Numbered from the stretch's first letter, positions 9,691 through 18,512 are shown. The stretch: 32,467 nt of DNA from a virus (IMGVR_UViG_3300044623_000283:1-32467); one strand, 5' to 3'. Translations and numbers: made by a program. The notes: generated from the letters alone by a model not told the origin.

Positions 9691-9889
9691 AAAGTAAAAT
9701 TAAATCAGATAATAAATAAGTAATAAATGCAAATCCAATCAGATGCCAGTCAATTATTGCTGAAGTAACTAATGCTATCCAGAATGATAAACAACTCTGA
9801 CAATTGAATGGTTTAAAATCAAGGAGATTGAAGCTCAGGAATGCTCTTGCTAATCCTATTGGCATTGTTATTATAATCAGATAAATCAT
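9677..9889 (-). CDS. Small membrane protein with CxxC (DUF1360-like)
   Basis: Hydrophobic 70 aa, KPFNCQSCLSFW. Confidence 0.55.
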   Translation of the reverse strand: MIYLIIITMPIGLARAFLSFNLLDFKPFNCQSCLSFWIALVTSAIIDWHLIGFAFITYLLSDLILLYESK

Positions 9890-10319
9890 ATTTGAATTGT
9901 TTAATTGCTAAATGTATGGTATCTAAACTGATACCTGTCAGTGTTCTTATTTCTCTATAGGTCATACCCATTAGATGCATCTTAGTAATTTCTTTAGTGA
10001 AAAGTTTCTGATCATCTGTAGGAGATTGGTGTAGATATGCATCTAATAACTGCTGAGCTTCTGTGACATAGTATTCATCTTCTGATTGAATATTGATATC
10101 TAGAAGCTCTTCGTGCAGTTTGTATTGTTTATTAAATGTTGAATCTCTCCACTTATATTGGTTGTAAGCATATCTAGCAAACACTCTTGGAAGATCATCT
10201 TGTTTGATATTGAGTTCACAGACCAATAAATAGACGTGACTAACCAGGTCTCTTGATATTGGATTTCCTCCAGTGATCTTGTTTGCGATGATATAAGCTT
10301 CAGTTTTCCAGAAATGCAC
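9819..10319 (-). CDS. ECF-like RNA polymerase sigma factor / late transcription factor
   Basis: GTG start; region-2-like SRDLVSHVYL and region-4 HTH GMTYREIRTLTGISLDTIHLAIK; upstream of the late genes. Confidence 0.7.
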   Translation of the reverse strand: MHFWKTEAYIIANKITGGNPISRDLVSHVYLLVCELNIKQDDLPRVFARYAYNQYKWRDSTFNKQYKLHEELLDINIQSEDEYYVTEAQQLLDAYLHQSPTDDQKLFTKEITKMHLMGMTYREIRTLTGISLDTIHLAIKQFKYDLSDYNNNANRISKSIPELQSP

Positions 10320-10327
10320 ATGTAAAA

Positions 10328-10549
10328 TTATTGATTTTTACCATACCAATTAAACCATTTGATATAGAAATCTTCAGAGACTTTATTATTATTAAGAAAT
10401 CTAGACATTTGAGCATTAGTTACACCAATATCTTCAGCTACATGAGTTTGTTTATATCTGTTATTGATTTTATAAACCGTCTCTTCTTGCATCCATTTCT
10501 TAAGATCATGGTCAAAGTCTCTAAGATAGATTGTGATTGTTCTTACCAT
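10328..10549 (-). CDS. XRE/Cro-type HTH protein
   Basis: QTHVAEDIGVTNAQMSRFLNN. Confidence 0.65.
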   Translation of the reverse strand: MVRTITIYLRDFDHDLKKWMQEETVYKINNRYKQTHVAEDIGVTNAQMSRFLNNNKVSEDFYIKWFNWYGKNQ

Positions 10550-10713
10550 ATTTTGTAAAGATTATAAATATAGTACATAAAAAATAAAATAGATACTACT
10601 ATAATTCCAATGCTGCCAAACATCATGTTAACACCATATAAAAAAAGACTTACAAATATCACCCAGATTAAGCATATTAATGCCCAAATTCCAAACATTT
10701 TTATTTTTTCCAT
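10543..10713 (-). CDS. 56-aa two-TM membrane protein (not in ORF track)
   Basis: Hand translation MEKIKMFGIWALICLIWVIFVSLFLYGVNMMFGSIGIIVVSILFFMYYIYNLYKIW; fills the gap and overlaps both neighbours. Confidence 0.65.
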   Translation of the reverse strand: MEKIKMFGIWALICLIWVIFVSLFLYGVNMMFGSIGIIVVSILFFMYYIYNLYKIW

Positions 10714-10988
10714 TAGAATAGCTTAGATTTTACCTCAAGTACATTCAATGTATTGTAATGAGTTTCTTTGTATGCTTTACCTCTTAATTCAAACACAAGC
10801 TCTACTGTATCATTCACCTGGATAAAGTCTAGTAGATATATCTTATCATTCACTAATTGGAATTTTACTTCTTGAGGATACTTATCATCTCCTACCTTGA
10901 GGATAAATTCTTGCACTCTAAATGTTTCAGATACTTGTTTTGCTGGCAATTTGTTAATGATTGCTCCTTCTAATTTAAATTTATTCAT
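10713..10988 (-). CDS. DUF3127-family OB-fold ssDNA-binding protein
   Basis: FRVQEFIL, KYPQEVKFQLVNDK, FELRG; typical of Bacteroidota. Confidence 0.75.
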   Translation of the reverse strand: MNKFKLEGAIINKLPAKQVSETFRVQEFILKVGDDKYPQEVKFQLVNDKIYLLDFIQVNDTVELVFELRGKAYKETHYNTLNVLEVKSKLF

Positions 10989-10989
10989 A

Positions 10990-11178
10990 TTATTTGTTTT
11001 TGATATAATTACTTAATTGTTTCTCTTCATGCTTGATAGCTTTTTTTACATTTTTAAGTTGTTTTTTAGCTAACTCAATATTGTTAATTGTAAATTCTTT
11101 CTTTAAATGTAGCTCTTCAATTAAAAACTCTTGTCCTTCAATCCATAAGTCTACTGACTTTTTAAAATCTTCATTCAT
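10990..11178 (-). CDS. Hypothetical coiled-coil protein
   Basis: 62 aa; flanked by 17-bp direct repeats. Confidence 0.6.
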   Translation of the reverse strand: MNEDFKKSVDLWIEGQEFLIEELHLKKEFTINNIELAKKQLKNVKKAIKHEEKQLSNYIKNK

Positions 11179-11198
11179 ATTATTTGTTTACTTGTTAC

Positions 11199-11254
11199 TT
11201 AAAAAACCCCTCCTTGTGATTGTAATTTTCCAAGATTCCAGTTACTAGAGGGGG
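11199..11254 (-). terminator. Long-loop stem CCCCTC...GAGGGG followed by U6
   Basis: GC stem followed by TTTTTT on the minus strand; near-copy at 11523-11586. Confidence 0.55.
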
Positions 11255-11259
11255 CACTA

Positions 11260-11514
11260 TCAGTCTTCGACCACCAATTTTGTTTTTATAAATCCATTTT
11301 CTTTGAGTTGTTCAACTTCATGTTCTTTTAAAATCCATCTTAATTTGCTCAAATGTTTTACTTCTACTTTTTCATTCCAAATCATATTGATGTCTAATAT
11401 TAGTTGACATTCATAATTTCTTTTTCCTGCTACTTCTAGTATGTTTATTGAAATTGACTCAGTTGTAATTTTGCCACCTATTTCAATTTCTCCTAATTTT
11501 AATTTTTCTTCCAT
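11260..11514 (-). CDS. Hypothetical protein
   Basis: 84-aa ORF between two related stem-loop repeats. Confidence 0.55.
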   Translation of the reverse strand: MEEKLKLGEIEIGGKITTESISINILEVAGKRNYECQLILDINMIWNEKVEVKHLSKLRWILKEHEVEQLKENGFIKTKLVVED

Positions 11515-11522
11515 TTTATAAG

Positions 11523-11586
11523 TTAAAAAACCCCTCCTTGTTATTCACATCAGTTTTAACTTCCCAGGTTTTAACTTTGGAGGGGT
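11523..11586 (-). terminator. Long-loop stem ACCCCTCC...GGAGGGGT followed by U run
   Basis: 8-bp stem plus T run; shares 19 identical bp with 11199-11217. Confidence 0.55.
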
Positions 11587-11602
11587 AGACTTTGCCGAGC
11601 CT

Positions 11603-11815
11603 CTATACTACTTTCTCAGGGAATGGGACCTCAAGTCTCATTTTTGCTACTTCAATCTCTGCTCTTATTGTTAGAGCTTTTGCATACTCATCAGCCATAG
11701 ATGCTATAGTTGAATGAGGATGTACGTACTCAGCTTCATAGCCATTTCCGATTGCTGATAACAAGCCTTGCATTGCAGCAATCATTGCTTGTTGGTAAAA
11801 TTCTTTCTCTGTCAT
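11603..11815 (-). CDS. Conserved phage hypothetical protein
   Basis: AMIAAMQGLLSA...MADEYAKAL pattern common in small phage proteins. Confidence 0.65.
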   Translation of the reverse strand: MTEKEFYQQAMIAAMQGLLSAIGNGYEAEYVHPHSTIASMADEYAKALTIRAEIEVAKMRLEVPFPEKVV

Positions 11816-11988
11816 TTTGATAATTTATATAGGTTTAAAAATCGTGCTGTTGTGCACTTGAATTCTGTGATGGGGTTGTCAGTTGACTTCTTTGTCACCT
11901 GGTATAATACCATGCCTTCTTTATCTGAGATAGGCATCACCAACTGCTCCCTAGTTCTATTGATGTATGTTTTGTTTACTTCAATCAT
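11812..11988 (-). CDS. 58-aa hypothetical protein (not in ORF track)
   Basis: MIEVNKTYINRTREQLVMPISDKEG...LYKLSK; ATGA overlaps at both ends. Confidence 0.65.
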   Translation of the reverse strand: MIEVNKTYINRTREQLVMPISDKEGMVLYQVTKKSTDNPITEFKCTTARFLNLYKLSK

Positions 11989-12179
11989 TTTGGTTTGTTT
12001 AAATTGTTAAATTCTTCTTTGCTTACCTTTCTGATGTCTAGCTGATCATGATGTTTTGTGAGCATTATACAGTAGTCATGTCCTTGCTTATTGAATTTAA
12101 TAGCTGAGTATCTAGCATACTTGAGATTCTCTATACTAGCCTCTATTATGAAGTAGGATTTTTCCATTAGTACAACCAT
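11985..12179 (-). CDS. Hypothetical protein
   Basis: Likely starts at MEKSYF (12167); coupled to neighbours. Confidence 0.55.
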   Translation of the reverse strand: MVVLMEKSYFIIEASIENLKYARYSAIKFNKQGHDYCIMLTKHHDQLDIRKVSKEEFNNLNKPK

Positions 12180-12589
12180 CTTAAGAATTTTCTAATCAAT
12201 CCTACCTGAGGCTGTGGAGTCTGTTCAATTACTACAGCTGGTGTTCTTCTACGTCTCTTGATTTCTAGCGGTATTTGTATAGATTTCATTTCTTGTGGTG
12301 TTTGTGTTTGTTTTCTTCTAATAGTATTAGCTTTATTTATCTCAGTCTGAAATTTTCTAAATTCATCAATTAGCTTTATGCTTACTGGTATCTTTTCATT
12401 CCATTTTACAAAGCCATCTTGATAGTAAGTTACATTTTTTTGCTTTAAAAACATTACCCAATATCTAGTAATTTTATAACTTTCAATCAAGGGGTGAATA
12501 GTATTGTAGTCGTATTTATTAATTTCTTCTTTGACTTTATTTAACACATCAATGTATTTTTTAGTCGTTTGTTCTACATTGTATCTCAT
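12167..12589 (-). CDS. Hypothetical protein
   Basis: 140-aa ORF, basic C-terminus. Confidence 0.6.
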   Translation of the reverse strand: MRYNVEQTTKKYIDVLNKVKEEINKYDYNTIHPLIESYKITRYWVMFLKQKNVTYYQDGFVKWNEKIPVSIKLIDEFRKFQTEINKANTIRRKQTQTPQEMKSIQIPLEIKRRRRTPAVVIEQTPQPQVGLIRKFLRWLY

Positions 12590-12590
12590 C

Positions 12591-13211
12591 TTACTTACAG
12601 TTTAATTGTACAAAATACTCATTGTAATACTCAGTACAAGCTAAAAGACGCTCTCTAATGGATTCTTCTGTTGAAATGTTACGTTCATACCTTAGCACTG
12701 TTATTCTCTTTCTAGGGTCAATGTGAGACACCTTGTGAATAGATTTATTGTCCCAGTCTGAAAGTAGAAAGTCATCTGTGTCAATCATGCAATAGATTAG
12801 CTCAGCTGATTCCTTGTCACATAGCATCATGTAGCCTCTCAACTGCCACTCATAGTCTTTATTGATTCCTTCTGCTGCTATAGCTGGGAAAGTCTCTAAA
12901 GACCATGAAGTCTTAATGTCAATGATTGAATTCTCTAAGATGATATCAGGTGTACCAATTAGGCAGTCATTCTGAAAAGTTTCTTCATTCTTTATGTAGA
13001 ATGTGTCTCTAATCTGATTGACTAACTCTATAGACTCGTGCTCCCAGTCAGTGCCTTTCTGCATTGCTTTTGTAGATACAAATGAATTGTAGCCAAAGAA
13101 GTCTTCTTTTGCCTTAGATGCGATATAAGACTTAGTAGTCTGACTCAATACTTCTGACTTAGTGCGAGACTCAGTCATGAGTTTACCTAGTGATGATGGA
13201 TGCCATTTCAT
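12591..13211 (-). CDS. YqaJ-like (lambda exonuclease family) recombination nuclease
   Basis: AMQKGTDWE, GTPD, IDIKTS, YEWQLRGYM. Confidence 0.85.
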   Translation of the reverse strand: MKWHPSSLGKLMTESRTKSEVLSQTTKSYIASKAKEDFFGYNSFVSTKAMQKGTDWEHESIELVNQIRDTFYIKNEETFQNDCLIGTPDIILENSIIDIKTSWSLETFPAIAAEGINKDYEWQLRGYMMLCDKESAELIYCMIDTDDFLLSDWDNKSIHKVSHIDPRKRITVLRYERNISTEESIRERLLACTEYYNEYFVQLNCK

Positions 13212-13711
13212 AATGCTTGTAATTGTGTTTTGGTTAATAAAAAATCTGATTTTAATTTTTCTGCTGTGTACTTTCCTGACTCAATTGACTTAAGAGCTTC
13301 TTTGAATCTGTCATCTGTAAGGGATGGCTTTGTTGCTGATGCGACTGAGTTACCATCATCATCTACAGCTTGAAGGCTCAAAAGAGATTGTAAAGTTGCT
13401 CTTCTGTAGTAGGTCGTTGCACTAATCATTTTTTGTGGATCAATGTTGTCAGGTAGTGTTAACCATGACTCAATCATTTCACCAGTCTCAATGTCAATTA
13501 TCTGAGTGCTCAGAATCTTGTCATGGATAGGTTGTAATAGGAGCAGTCCATTCTCATGAAGGATTGGCTCAACTGTCTCAAGCAATGCATTGATGTCAGC
13601 ATAGCTCTTTTTAAAGTGAGGATTGGTGCTGTTCTTAACAACCTTGCCAATGCTCATCTTTGCCTTATGGATCTTGGTCCACAATGGCACTTTGTTTGGT
13701 TCTGTTTGCAT
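13208..13711 (-). CDS. erf: ERF-family ssDNA annealing protein
   Basis: KNSTNPHFKKSYAD, PQKMISATTYYRR, DDDGN. Confidence 0.85.
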   Translation of the reverse strand: MQTEPNKVPLWTKIHKAKMSIGKVVKNSTNPHFKKSYADINALLETVEPILHENGLLLLQPIHDKILSTQIIDIETGEMIESWLTLPDNIDPQKMISATTYYRRATLQSLLSLQAVDDDGNSVASATKPSLTDDRFKEALKSIESGKYTAEKLKSDFLLTKTQLQAL

Positions 13712-13732
13712 GTATTTGTTTTTAATTGTTTA

Positions 13733-13762
13733 CAAATGTAATAATAATTTTTAGTTGTGCAA
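13733..13762 (-). promoter_or_regulatory. Bacteroidota sigmaA promoter (TTG-N19-TACATTTG)
   Basis: -7 element TAnnTTTG at 13733-13740, upstream of erf. Confidence 0.6.
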
Positions 13763-13766
13763 CTAT

Positions 13767-13979
13767 TTAGAATAAAAATAATTGAATGTACCACCATCTA
13801 GGAGGAATTATCTGACCTATTAGCTTATCATCCTTGTAATCTTCACCATTCCAAATGACTTGAGTTACTCTGTAGTATTCCACTCCACCAAACCTATTTA
13901 GCTTAGTCACTTCACCAACAAAGTAGCAGTCAGTGTCTTCTGTATCTTTTATTTTATCTCCTATTTTCAGCATCTTCAT
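13767..13979 (-). CDS. Hypothetical protein (SH3-like)
   Basis: 70 aa, KIGDKI beta-rich start. Confidence 0.55.
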   Translation of the reverse strand: MKMLKIGDKIKDTEDTDCYFVGEVTKLNRFGGVEYYRVTQVIWNGEDYKDDKLIGQIIPPRWWYIQLFLF

Positions 13980-14124
13980 TCAGTTTTATGCACATTTCAC
14001 AATAAGCGATTAATTTGTCTAGTGCTATCCCTATCTCAGTAGGTGATGGCATTGGTAGTGTTCCTTCATCATCCCTTCTCCATCTTTGGTAGTTCTTTAT
14101 GAAATCTAAGTCTTCTTGTGTCAT
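13954..14124 (-). CDS. 56-aa hypothetical protein (not in ORF track)
   Basis: MTQEDLDFIKNYQRWRRDDEG...PTEIGIALDKLI; TAATG coupling. Confidence 0.65.
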   Translation of the reverse strand: MTQEDLDFIKNYQRWRRDDEGTLPMPSPTEIGIALDKLIAYCEMCIKLNEDAENRR

Positions 14125-14600
14125 TATAATTGATTTAATTGATTATACCATTCAACAAATGTATCAAAGTCTCTAGCAATGTAGTAGATACCTTTTGCAC
14201 TCTCTATTTTTTCTTGATACTGTTTCTGTGCATCTGACTGCCTATCTTTTCCATACTTCACTTCGATCTTGACTGACTTGCCATTAATAGTAGCTGAGAT
14301 GTCAGCTGTACCCTTAGTTCCTTGCCCTGGTGTCCACTTACCTGGTAGTTGTTTAGTGTATGCTATCTCACCAGTTCCTACTTGTATTTTGTTACCTTCT
14401 CTGTATTGCCCTTGATTACCAATCCTCTCAGCTTGATTGCCAGTAGCATTAATGTAGAAGATAATTGACTTAGTCAGGCTATTAGCTGAGTTATCAGCCC
14501 ATTCTGTAGATGGTAGATAGTTAGGATTCATACTAGGATACTTAACCTTAAGAGTCTCAAGCTCTAATGCTTTGAGTTTAGCTTTGTTTTCTTTGGTCAT
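14124..14600 (-). CDS. VRR-NUC-like PD-(D/E)xK nuclease
   Basis: GTADI...KIEVKYGKDRQSDAQ...GIYYIARD. Confidence 0.75.
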   Translation of the reverse strand: MTKENKAKLKALELETLKVKYPSMNPNYLPSTEWADNSANSLTKSIIFYINATGNQAERIGNQGQYREGNKIQVGTGEIAYTKQLPGKWTPGQGTKGTADISATINGKSVKIEVKYGKDRQSDAQKQYQEKIESAKGIYYIARDFDTFVEWYNQLNQL

Positions 14601-16843
14601 TTGTCTTCTATTTTTTTAATTAAATTTATTACTTGCTGTCTAGAGATACCTAACTGCTCAGCTACTTTTGTTCTGTTAAAGTTAGCATCTGACTTGTAGA
14701 TAGATAACAATTTGTCATAGGTAGTCTCAGCTCCCTTCATTGCTGATTTAATATCTTTCAATTCAGCAGCTTCAATCTTTATTTTCTTAGCATTCATGAT
14801 AAAGTAGTTACTTAACTTTTCAGCTTTAAGAATACTATCTTTAGATACTTCTAACACATTAACTTTCTCATCAAAATTGCTTGAGAATAAATGAATTAAA
14901 AGAGCAAATCTTGGGATGTAACTCTTTTGCTTAGGATACATAGACTTAAGATATTCATTCTCCTCATCATTGTTTTGCTCCTTAGTTATTCTGTTAAAGA
15001 TTCGCTTCCATTCTTCTTTGGCTTCTTGTTTAAATTTAACTGTGTTAGTAATTATTTTGCCATCATTATCTCTCTTAATAAATGCACTCTTTAAACCTTG
15101 ATAAAATCTAGTGATAGTGTTGCTATACCACATGATATCAGCTATGTGCATTTCGTTCTCATTGTACTCCTCAACTTTTGCATCAGGAAAGCTCAATAAC
15201 ATTCTATCTAAGAAACCATTGTCTTTATTCTCATCAGTTGCAAATTGATTAAAGATACTTGGCTGTATACCACCTAACACTGGTATAAATGGACTCTCAA
15301 TAAATGATCCTTTTCTAGTCATTCTATTCACAGATACTGACTTGCTGGACCAACAAGATAGCCAAAATTCTAAATCAGATCCAGCTCTATACTTATTCAT
15401 ATCTTTAAACCATCCAGCCAACTCATCTTTGAATACTCCTACAGAATTATCTGACTCCTGGTGTAAGTCAACCAATGCCTCTAGTGTGATATCATTGGCA
15501 ATAAACTGAGTCTTTTTAGGTTTAATTGGCTCAGGATGTTCTTCTTTCTCTTTCTTAGTTAAGTCATTGTAATAGTTATACACCTCCATCTGATCAGAGT
15601 ATCTCTTTATCTCTTTAAAGTTCAACACATTCAAAGGCTTAATGATATTGTCAATACTAGGAGTCTTACCTATACCAGCTCTACCTACTACAGCTAACCA
15701 AATTACACCAGGCTCAGTCCATCCTTTTTTAACTTCTATCTCATGAGTATTTCCAACACAAACAGATATTAACCAAAGTAAACTACATCCCATGTAGTCA
15801 ATGTTAGCATCTAGCTTGTTGTTACATTCTAAGATATAGTGTTGTATTTCTTCTGGAAAGATATCTAATGGAAAGTTAATACCTGATATTGGTAGTGGTT
15901 TCTCAATCTTAGGCTTATTCTCTTCTATCTCTTTCTTTCTTCTAGATCCAAATCCTTGCTCATAAAGGTCCTTAGTAGCTTCTTTAAAGTCACCATTGTG
16001 TATCTTGTGTGCGTATGCCACAAATGGACTTATTAGTTTCTCATGAGGATAGACTGTACCAGTTGAGAATAAGTACATGCATCCACTATCTTTGAACACA
16101 CTACCTGAGTGAGCAGAAGTAGCTCCATGTCTTTTGATTAGATAGTGATCTTTCTTTTGTCCATTAGCTGGAATAAAGAAATCATCTTGAATGACTGACC
16201 AAATATCTGTCTTATCATTGAAATCTTGCCAAGGTGTCACCTCATCATCTGAGTATATCTTTGGCTCTTTCTTTGGCTCTTCTGGTGCTTTATCAATGTG
16301 ATTGTAAGCTGATGATATATTCCAAAGAGTCTGTCTATCTTCATCTGTGATAAATTCAAGTTGAAAGTAAGACCTTGTATTGTCTAACTTCTTACCAGGA
16401 TAAACAAAGACATAGCCTCCAGTACCTCTAGTCTCAATTACAGCTTCTTTATGACCTTTGAGTTTAGCTATCTTTGAGTTCCCTACTACTCTCTTAGACT
16501 TGTATAGAATGTGATAGCCACCACTTTTAGTTACATAGACAGAAAACTTTGATTCAAAGTCTAAGATGTTATCTTTAAGAGTCTGATAGTATTCTTTCCA
16601 AAACTGATCCTTCTCAAGTTGTGTTGAGAATACCTTAGTATCTACATCAATGACCTCTAATGATTCAAAGCCAGTAACTATTCCTATGCCTTTTGTAGAT
16701 GGCTTTCTTAGATTGATTAGGAATTGTTCTTCAGTTAGTTTTGTTGATTGACATTCTTTCCAAGCATGATTAGGAATTTTATCATCTCCTATAGTTATTA
16801 CTGAGAAATGATCTAGAAAATTTAATGCTTGTAATTCTTCCAT
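14597..16843 (-). CDS. Prim-Pol primase fused to DUF3987/YfjI-like helicase and C-terminal HTH
   Basis: GIGIVTG, VIDVD, TKSGGYH, ETRGTGGY; Walker A GRAGIGKT, DELAGW, LGGIQP, GFLDR; HTH RTKVAEQLGISRQQV. Confidence 0.85.
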   Translation of the reverse strand: MEELQALNFLDHFSVITIGDDKIPNHAWKECQSTKLTEEQFLINLRKPSTKGIGIVTGFESLEVIDVDTKVFSTQLEKDQFWKEYYQTLKDNILDFESKFSVYVTKSGGYHILYKSKRVVGNSKIAKLKGHKEAVIETRGTGGYVFVYPGKKLDNTRSYFQLEFITDEDRQTLWNISSAYNHIDKAPEEPKKEPKIYSDDEVTPWQDFNDKTDIWSVIQDDFFIPANGQKKDHYLIKRHGATSAHSGSVFKDSGCMYLFSTGTVYPHEKLISPFVAYAHKIHNGDFKEATKDLYEQGFGSRRKKEIEENKPKIEKPLPISGINFPLDIFPEEIQHYILECNNKLDANIDYMGCSLLWLISVCVGNTHEIEVKKGWTEPGVIWLAVVGRAGIGKTPSIDNIIKPLNVLNFKEIKRYSDQMEVYNYYNDLTKKEKEEHPEPIKPKKTQFIANDITLEALVDLHQESDNSVGVFKDELAGWFKDMNKYRAGSDLEFWLSCWSSKSVSVNRMTRKGSFIESPFIPVLGGIQPSIFNQFATDENKDNGFLDRMLLSFPDAKVEEYNENEMHIADIMWYSNTITRFYQGLKSAFIKRDNDGKIITNTVKFKQEAKEEWKRIFNRITKEQNNDEENEYLKSMYPKQKSYIPRFALLIHLFSSNFDEKVNVLEVSKDSILKAEKLSNYFIMNAKKIKIEAAELKDIKSAMKGAETTYDKLLSIYKSDANFNRTKVAEQLGISRQQVINLIKKIEDK

Positions 16844-16844
16844 T

Positions 16845-16970
16845 CTGCATAATGTTTTTAAAAAGTAAAGCCCATTAATCTCCAGTGATGCAGCACTTTT
16901 GACTAATGAGCTTTAAAAAAATGTCCTAGTGACTAATAATTAACCTTCTGCATTGTTAATTTTCACTGGA
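16845..16970 (-). ncRNA. Structured 5' leader of the primase-helicase (two hairpins with complementary loops, terminator-like)
   Basis: 14-bp stem 16867-16880/16901-16914 with two G-U pairs valid only on the minus strand; its loop is complementary to 16963-16970 and 16948-16953. Confidence 0.6.
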
Positions 16971-17000
16971 CAAATGTAGTAATTTTTCTTAGATTACAAA
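16971..17000 (-). promoter_or_regulatory. Bacteroidota sigmaA promoter (TTTG-N18-TACATTTG)
   Basis: Consensus -33 and -7 elements. Confidence 0.7.
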
Positions 17001-17010
17001 AAATAATTAG

Positions 17011-17184
17011 GTGTAAACTACTGTAAAGTGACTTTACACCTGACTTTACAGTAAAAAGCTAGGTTTTATCAAGGATACAGCCGTTTTAGGTGTAAAGTTT
17101 ACAGTAAAATTGATTTTAAAAATATTTTTTAATTTATTTTTTTTTTACCTACTGTAAAGTGACTTTACACTTTACACTTTACAC
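17011..17184. repeat. Putative replication origin: TGTAAA/TTTACA iterons around an AT-rich tract
   Basis: About 10 hexamer copies; 22-bp direct repeat 17018-17039 / 17149-17170 containing TGTAAAGT-G-ACTTTACA; nearly pure A/T 17105-17147. Confidence 0.7.
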
Positions 17185-17553
17185 CTATCTTTCTAAGTAC
17201 AAATTATTGGTAATTCTCTCCTTAATTATTCTTAAATCTGTAGTGTTGTTGCAATTGATAACATCTTGATAAATAGAATACTTAGGTAGGTCAATAGGAG
17301 GGTAAAGATATTCTTTAATGTGAGAAATAGCTTTGTCATACAGCTTGTCACAATTTTGAAATTGACTGTCAACTTTTAGTCCATTTATAATTGTTGCATG
17401 GTGTTTGTCCAGCATTACAGAAATATCTGAGAGCTTATAATTTAATTTTCTAAGCTCAGAATAAATATAAGCTCTTTTGTAAATTAAGTCTCTATCTCTA
17501 CAGCTGGTAGTCAGATCGTAAAGATCAATCATGTATTTGATTTTTTCTATCAT
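17185..17553 (-). CDS. DnaA domain IV-like HTH protein
   Basis: RDRDLIYKRAY...LSDISVMLDKHHATIINGLK resembles the DnaA C-terminal HTH. Confidence 0.65.
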   Translation of the reverse strand: MIEKIKYMIDLYDLTTSCRDRDLIYKRAYIYSELRKLNYKLSDISVMLDKHHATIINGLKVDSQFQNCDKLYDKAISHIKEYLYPPIDLPKYSIYQDVINCNNTTDLRIIKERITNNLYLER

Positions 17554-17792
17554 GATAGTTTCTTTTGGTCAATATTCTTAAAGATGTCAGAGTCAGAGTC
17601 TATCCTTCCAGTAGCCTTAATAAAGTCTACCTCTAACTTAGCTGAGTTGATGATAACAGATCCAATGGAGCTAATAGCTTTTGCCTTATCTACCTCTTCT
17701 TTAATCTGTTCATTACTTAAAGACTCATCATTAAGTCTTTCTAGTGCTGCAAACATGTGGTCACGTAGATCACTGATTTTGTTTCTTGCCAT
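17550..17792 (-). CDS. Conserved phage protein commonly paired with HNH genes
   Basis: NKISDLRDHMFAALERLNDE...KAKAI. Confidence 0.65.
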   Translation of the reverse strand: MARNKISDLRDHMFAALERLNDESLSNEQIKEEVDKAKAISSIGSVIINSAKLEVDFIKATGRIDSDSDIFKNIDQKKLS

Positions 17793-18393
17793 TTATTTTT
17801 TTGTTTAGTTTACTTGTTAATTTAATTACTTGTTGTATTTCTTGAGGGAATCTTTGGATGCTATTCCTTATGACATTGTCCTTCATGCTTATGCATTGTA
17901 AGTTCTCTAATTGACAGTTCCTGGTGTTACCATCTTTAAAAGTTACTATGTGCTTGTTAGGAATTGGTCCATTAGCATCTGTCCATATTTTTTGATGGTA
18001 AAGAATCCACTTGCTATCAGCTACTTTGTAGTATAGATATATTCTACCACTTTGATCAGCATCTTTCCTTTCTACTATAGTTCCATCAGGCTTCCAGTTG
18101 TGAGGTCTATTACCTGCTTTAAACATTGTAGCTTTGACCTTCTCATAAACTTCTGTAGGCATTTCTTTACCTTTATTAAATGGTGTATGTCCAGGTGTGA
18201 ATCTAAACTTTTTACCACCATTAATTAAATTCTGTCTACCTGATGAGTCTGACCTTTTAAACTCTAGTGTTTTCTTTAGGCCCATTGAGAAAGCTCTATT
18301 AGCTACTTGAGAATAAGTCAATCCTAAGTCATCAGCAATACCTTGAGTCCTTTCATGAGGGAATCTTTGTCTTATGATTTCATTAGGTGTCAT
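17770..18393 (-). CDS. HNH endonuclease-family protein
   Basis: RFTPGHTPFNKG, FKAGNRPHN, GPIPNKHIVTFKDGNTRNCQLENL. Confidence 0.75.
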   Translation of the reverse strand: MTPNEIIRQRFPHERTQGIADDLGLTYSQVANRAFSMGLKKTLEFKRSDSSGRQNLINGGKKFRFTPGHTPFNKGKEMPTEVYEKVKATMFKAGNRPHNWKPDGTIVERKDADQSGRIYLYYKVADSKWILYHQKIWTDANGPIPNKHIVTFKDGNTRNCQLENLQCISMKDNVIRNSIQRFPQEIQQVIKLTSKLNKKINGKKQNQ

Positions 18394-18512
18394 GGCTTGA
18401 TATATCTTACAATTGTGTCAACATTAGCAATAGCCACTAACATTATTAAAATGAGTATTACTACTATGATAATCGCATCATTTAGGAATTTCAATCTGTT
18501 GTCTAGTTTCAT
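18390..18512 (-). CDS. 40-aa single-TM peptide (not in ORF track)
   Basis: MKLDNRLKFLNDAIIIVVILILIMLVAIANVDTIVRYIKP; ATGA overlaps both ends. Confidence 0.6.
   Translation of the reverse strand: MKLDNRLKFLNDAIIIVVILILIMLVAIANVDTIVRYIKP

Noticed and set aside
10100-10321. Alternative-frame ORF overlapping the sigma factor (also 8719..8910)
   Set aside because: Almost wholly nested in better-supported genes with no recognisable features
10328-10549. CI repressor / lysogeny module
   Set aside because: Small HTH without a peptidase domain, no divergent switch, and no integrase or partition genes recognised
17011-17184. CRISPR-like mini-array
   Set aside because: Repeats are 6-22 bp, in both orientations and irregularly spaced, with no cas genes; iterons fit better
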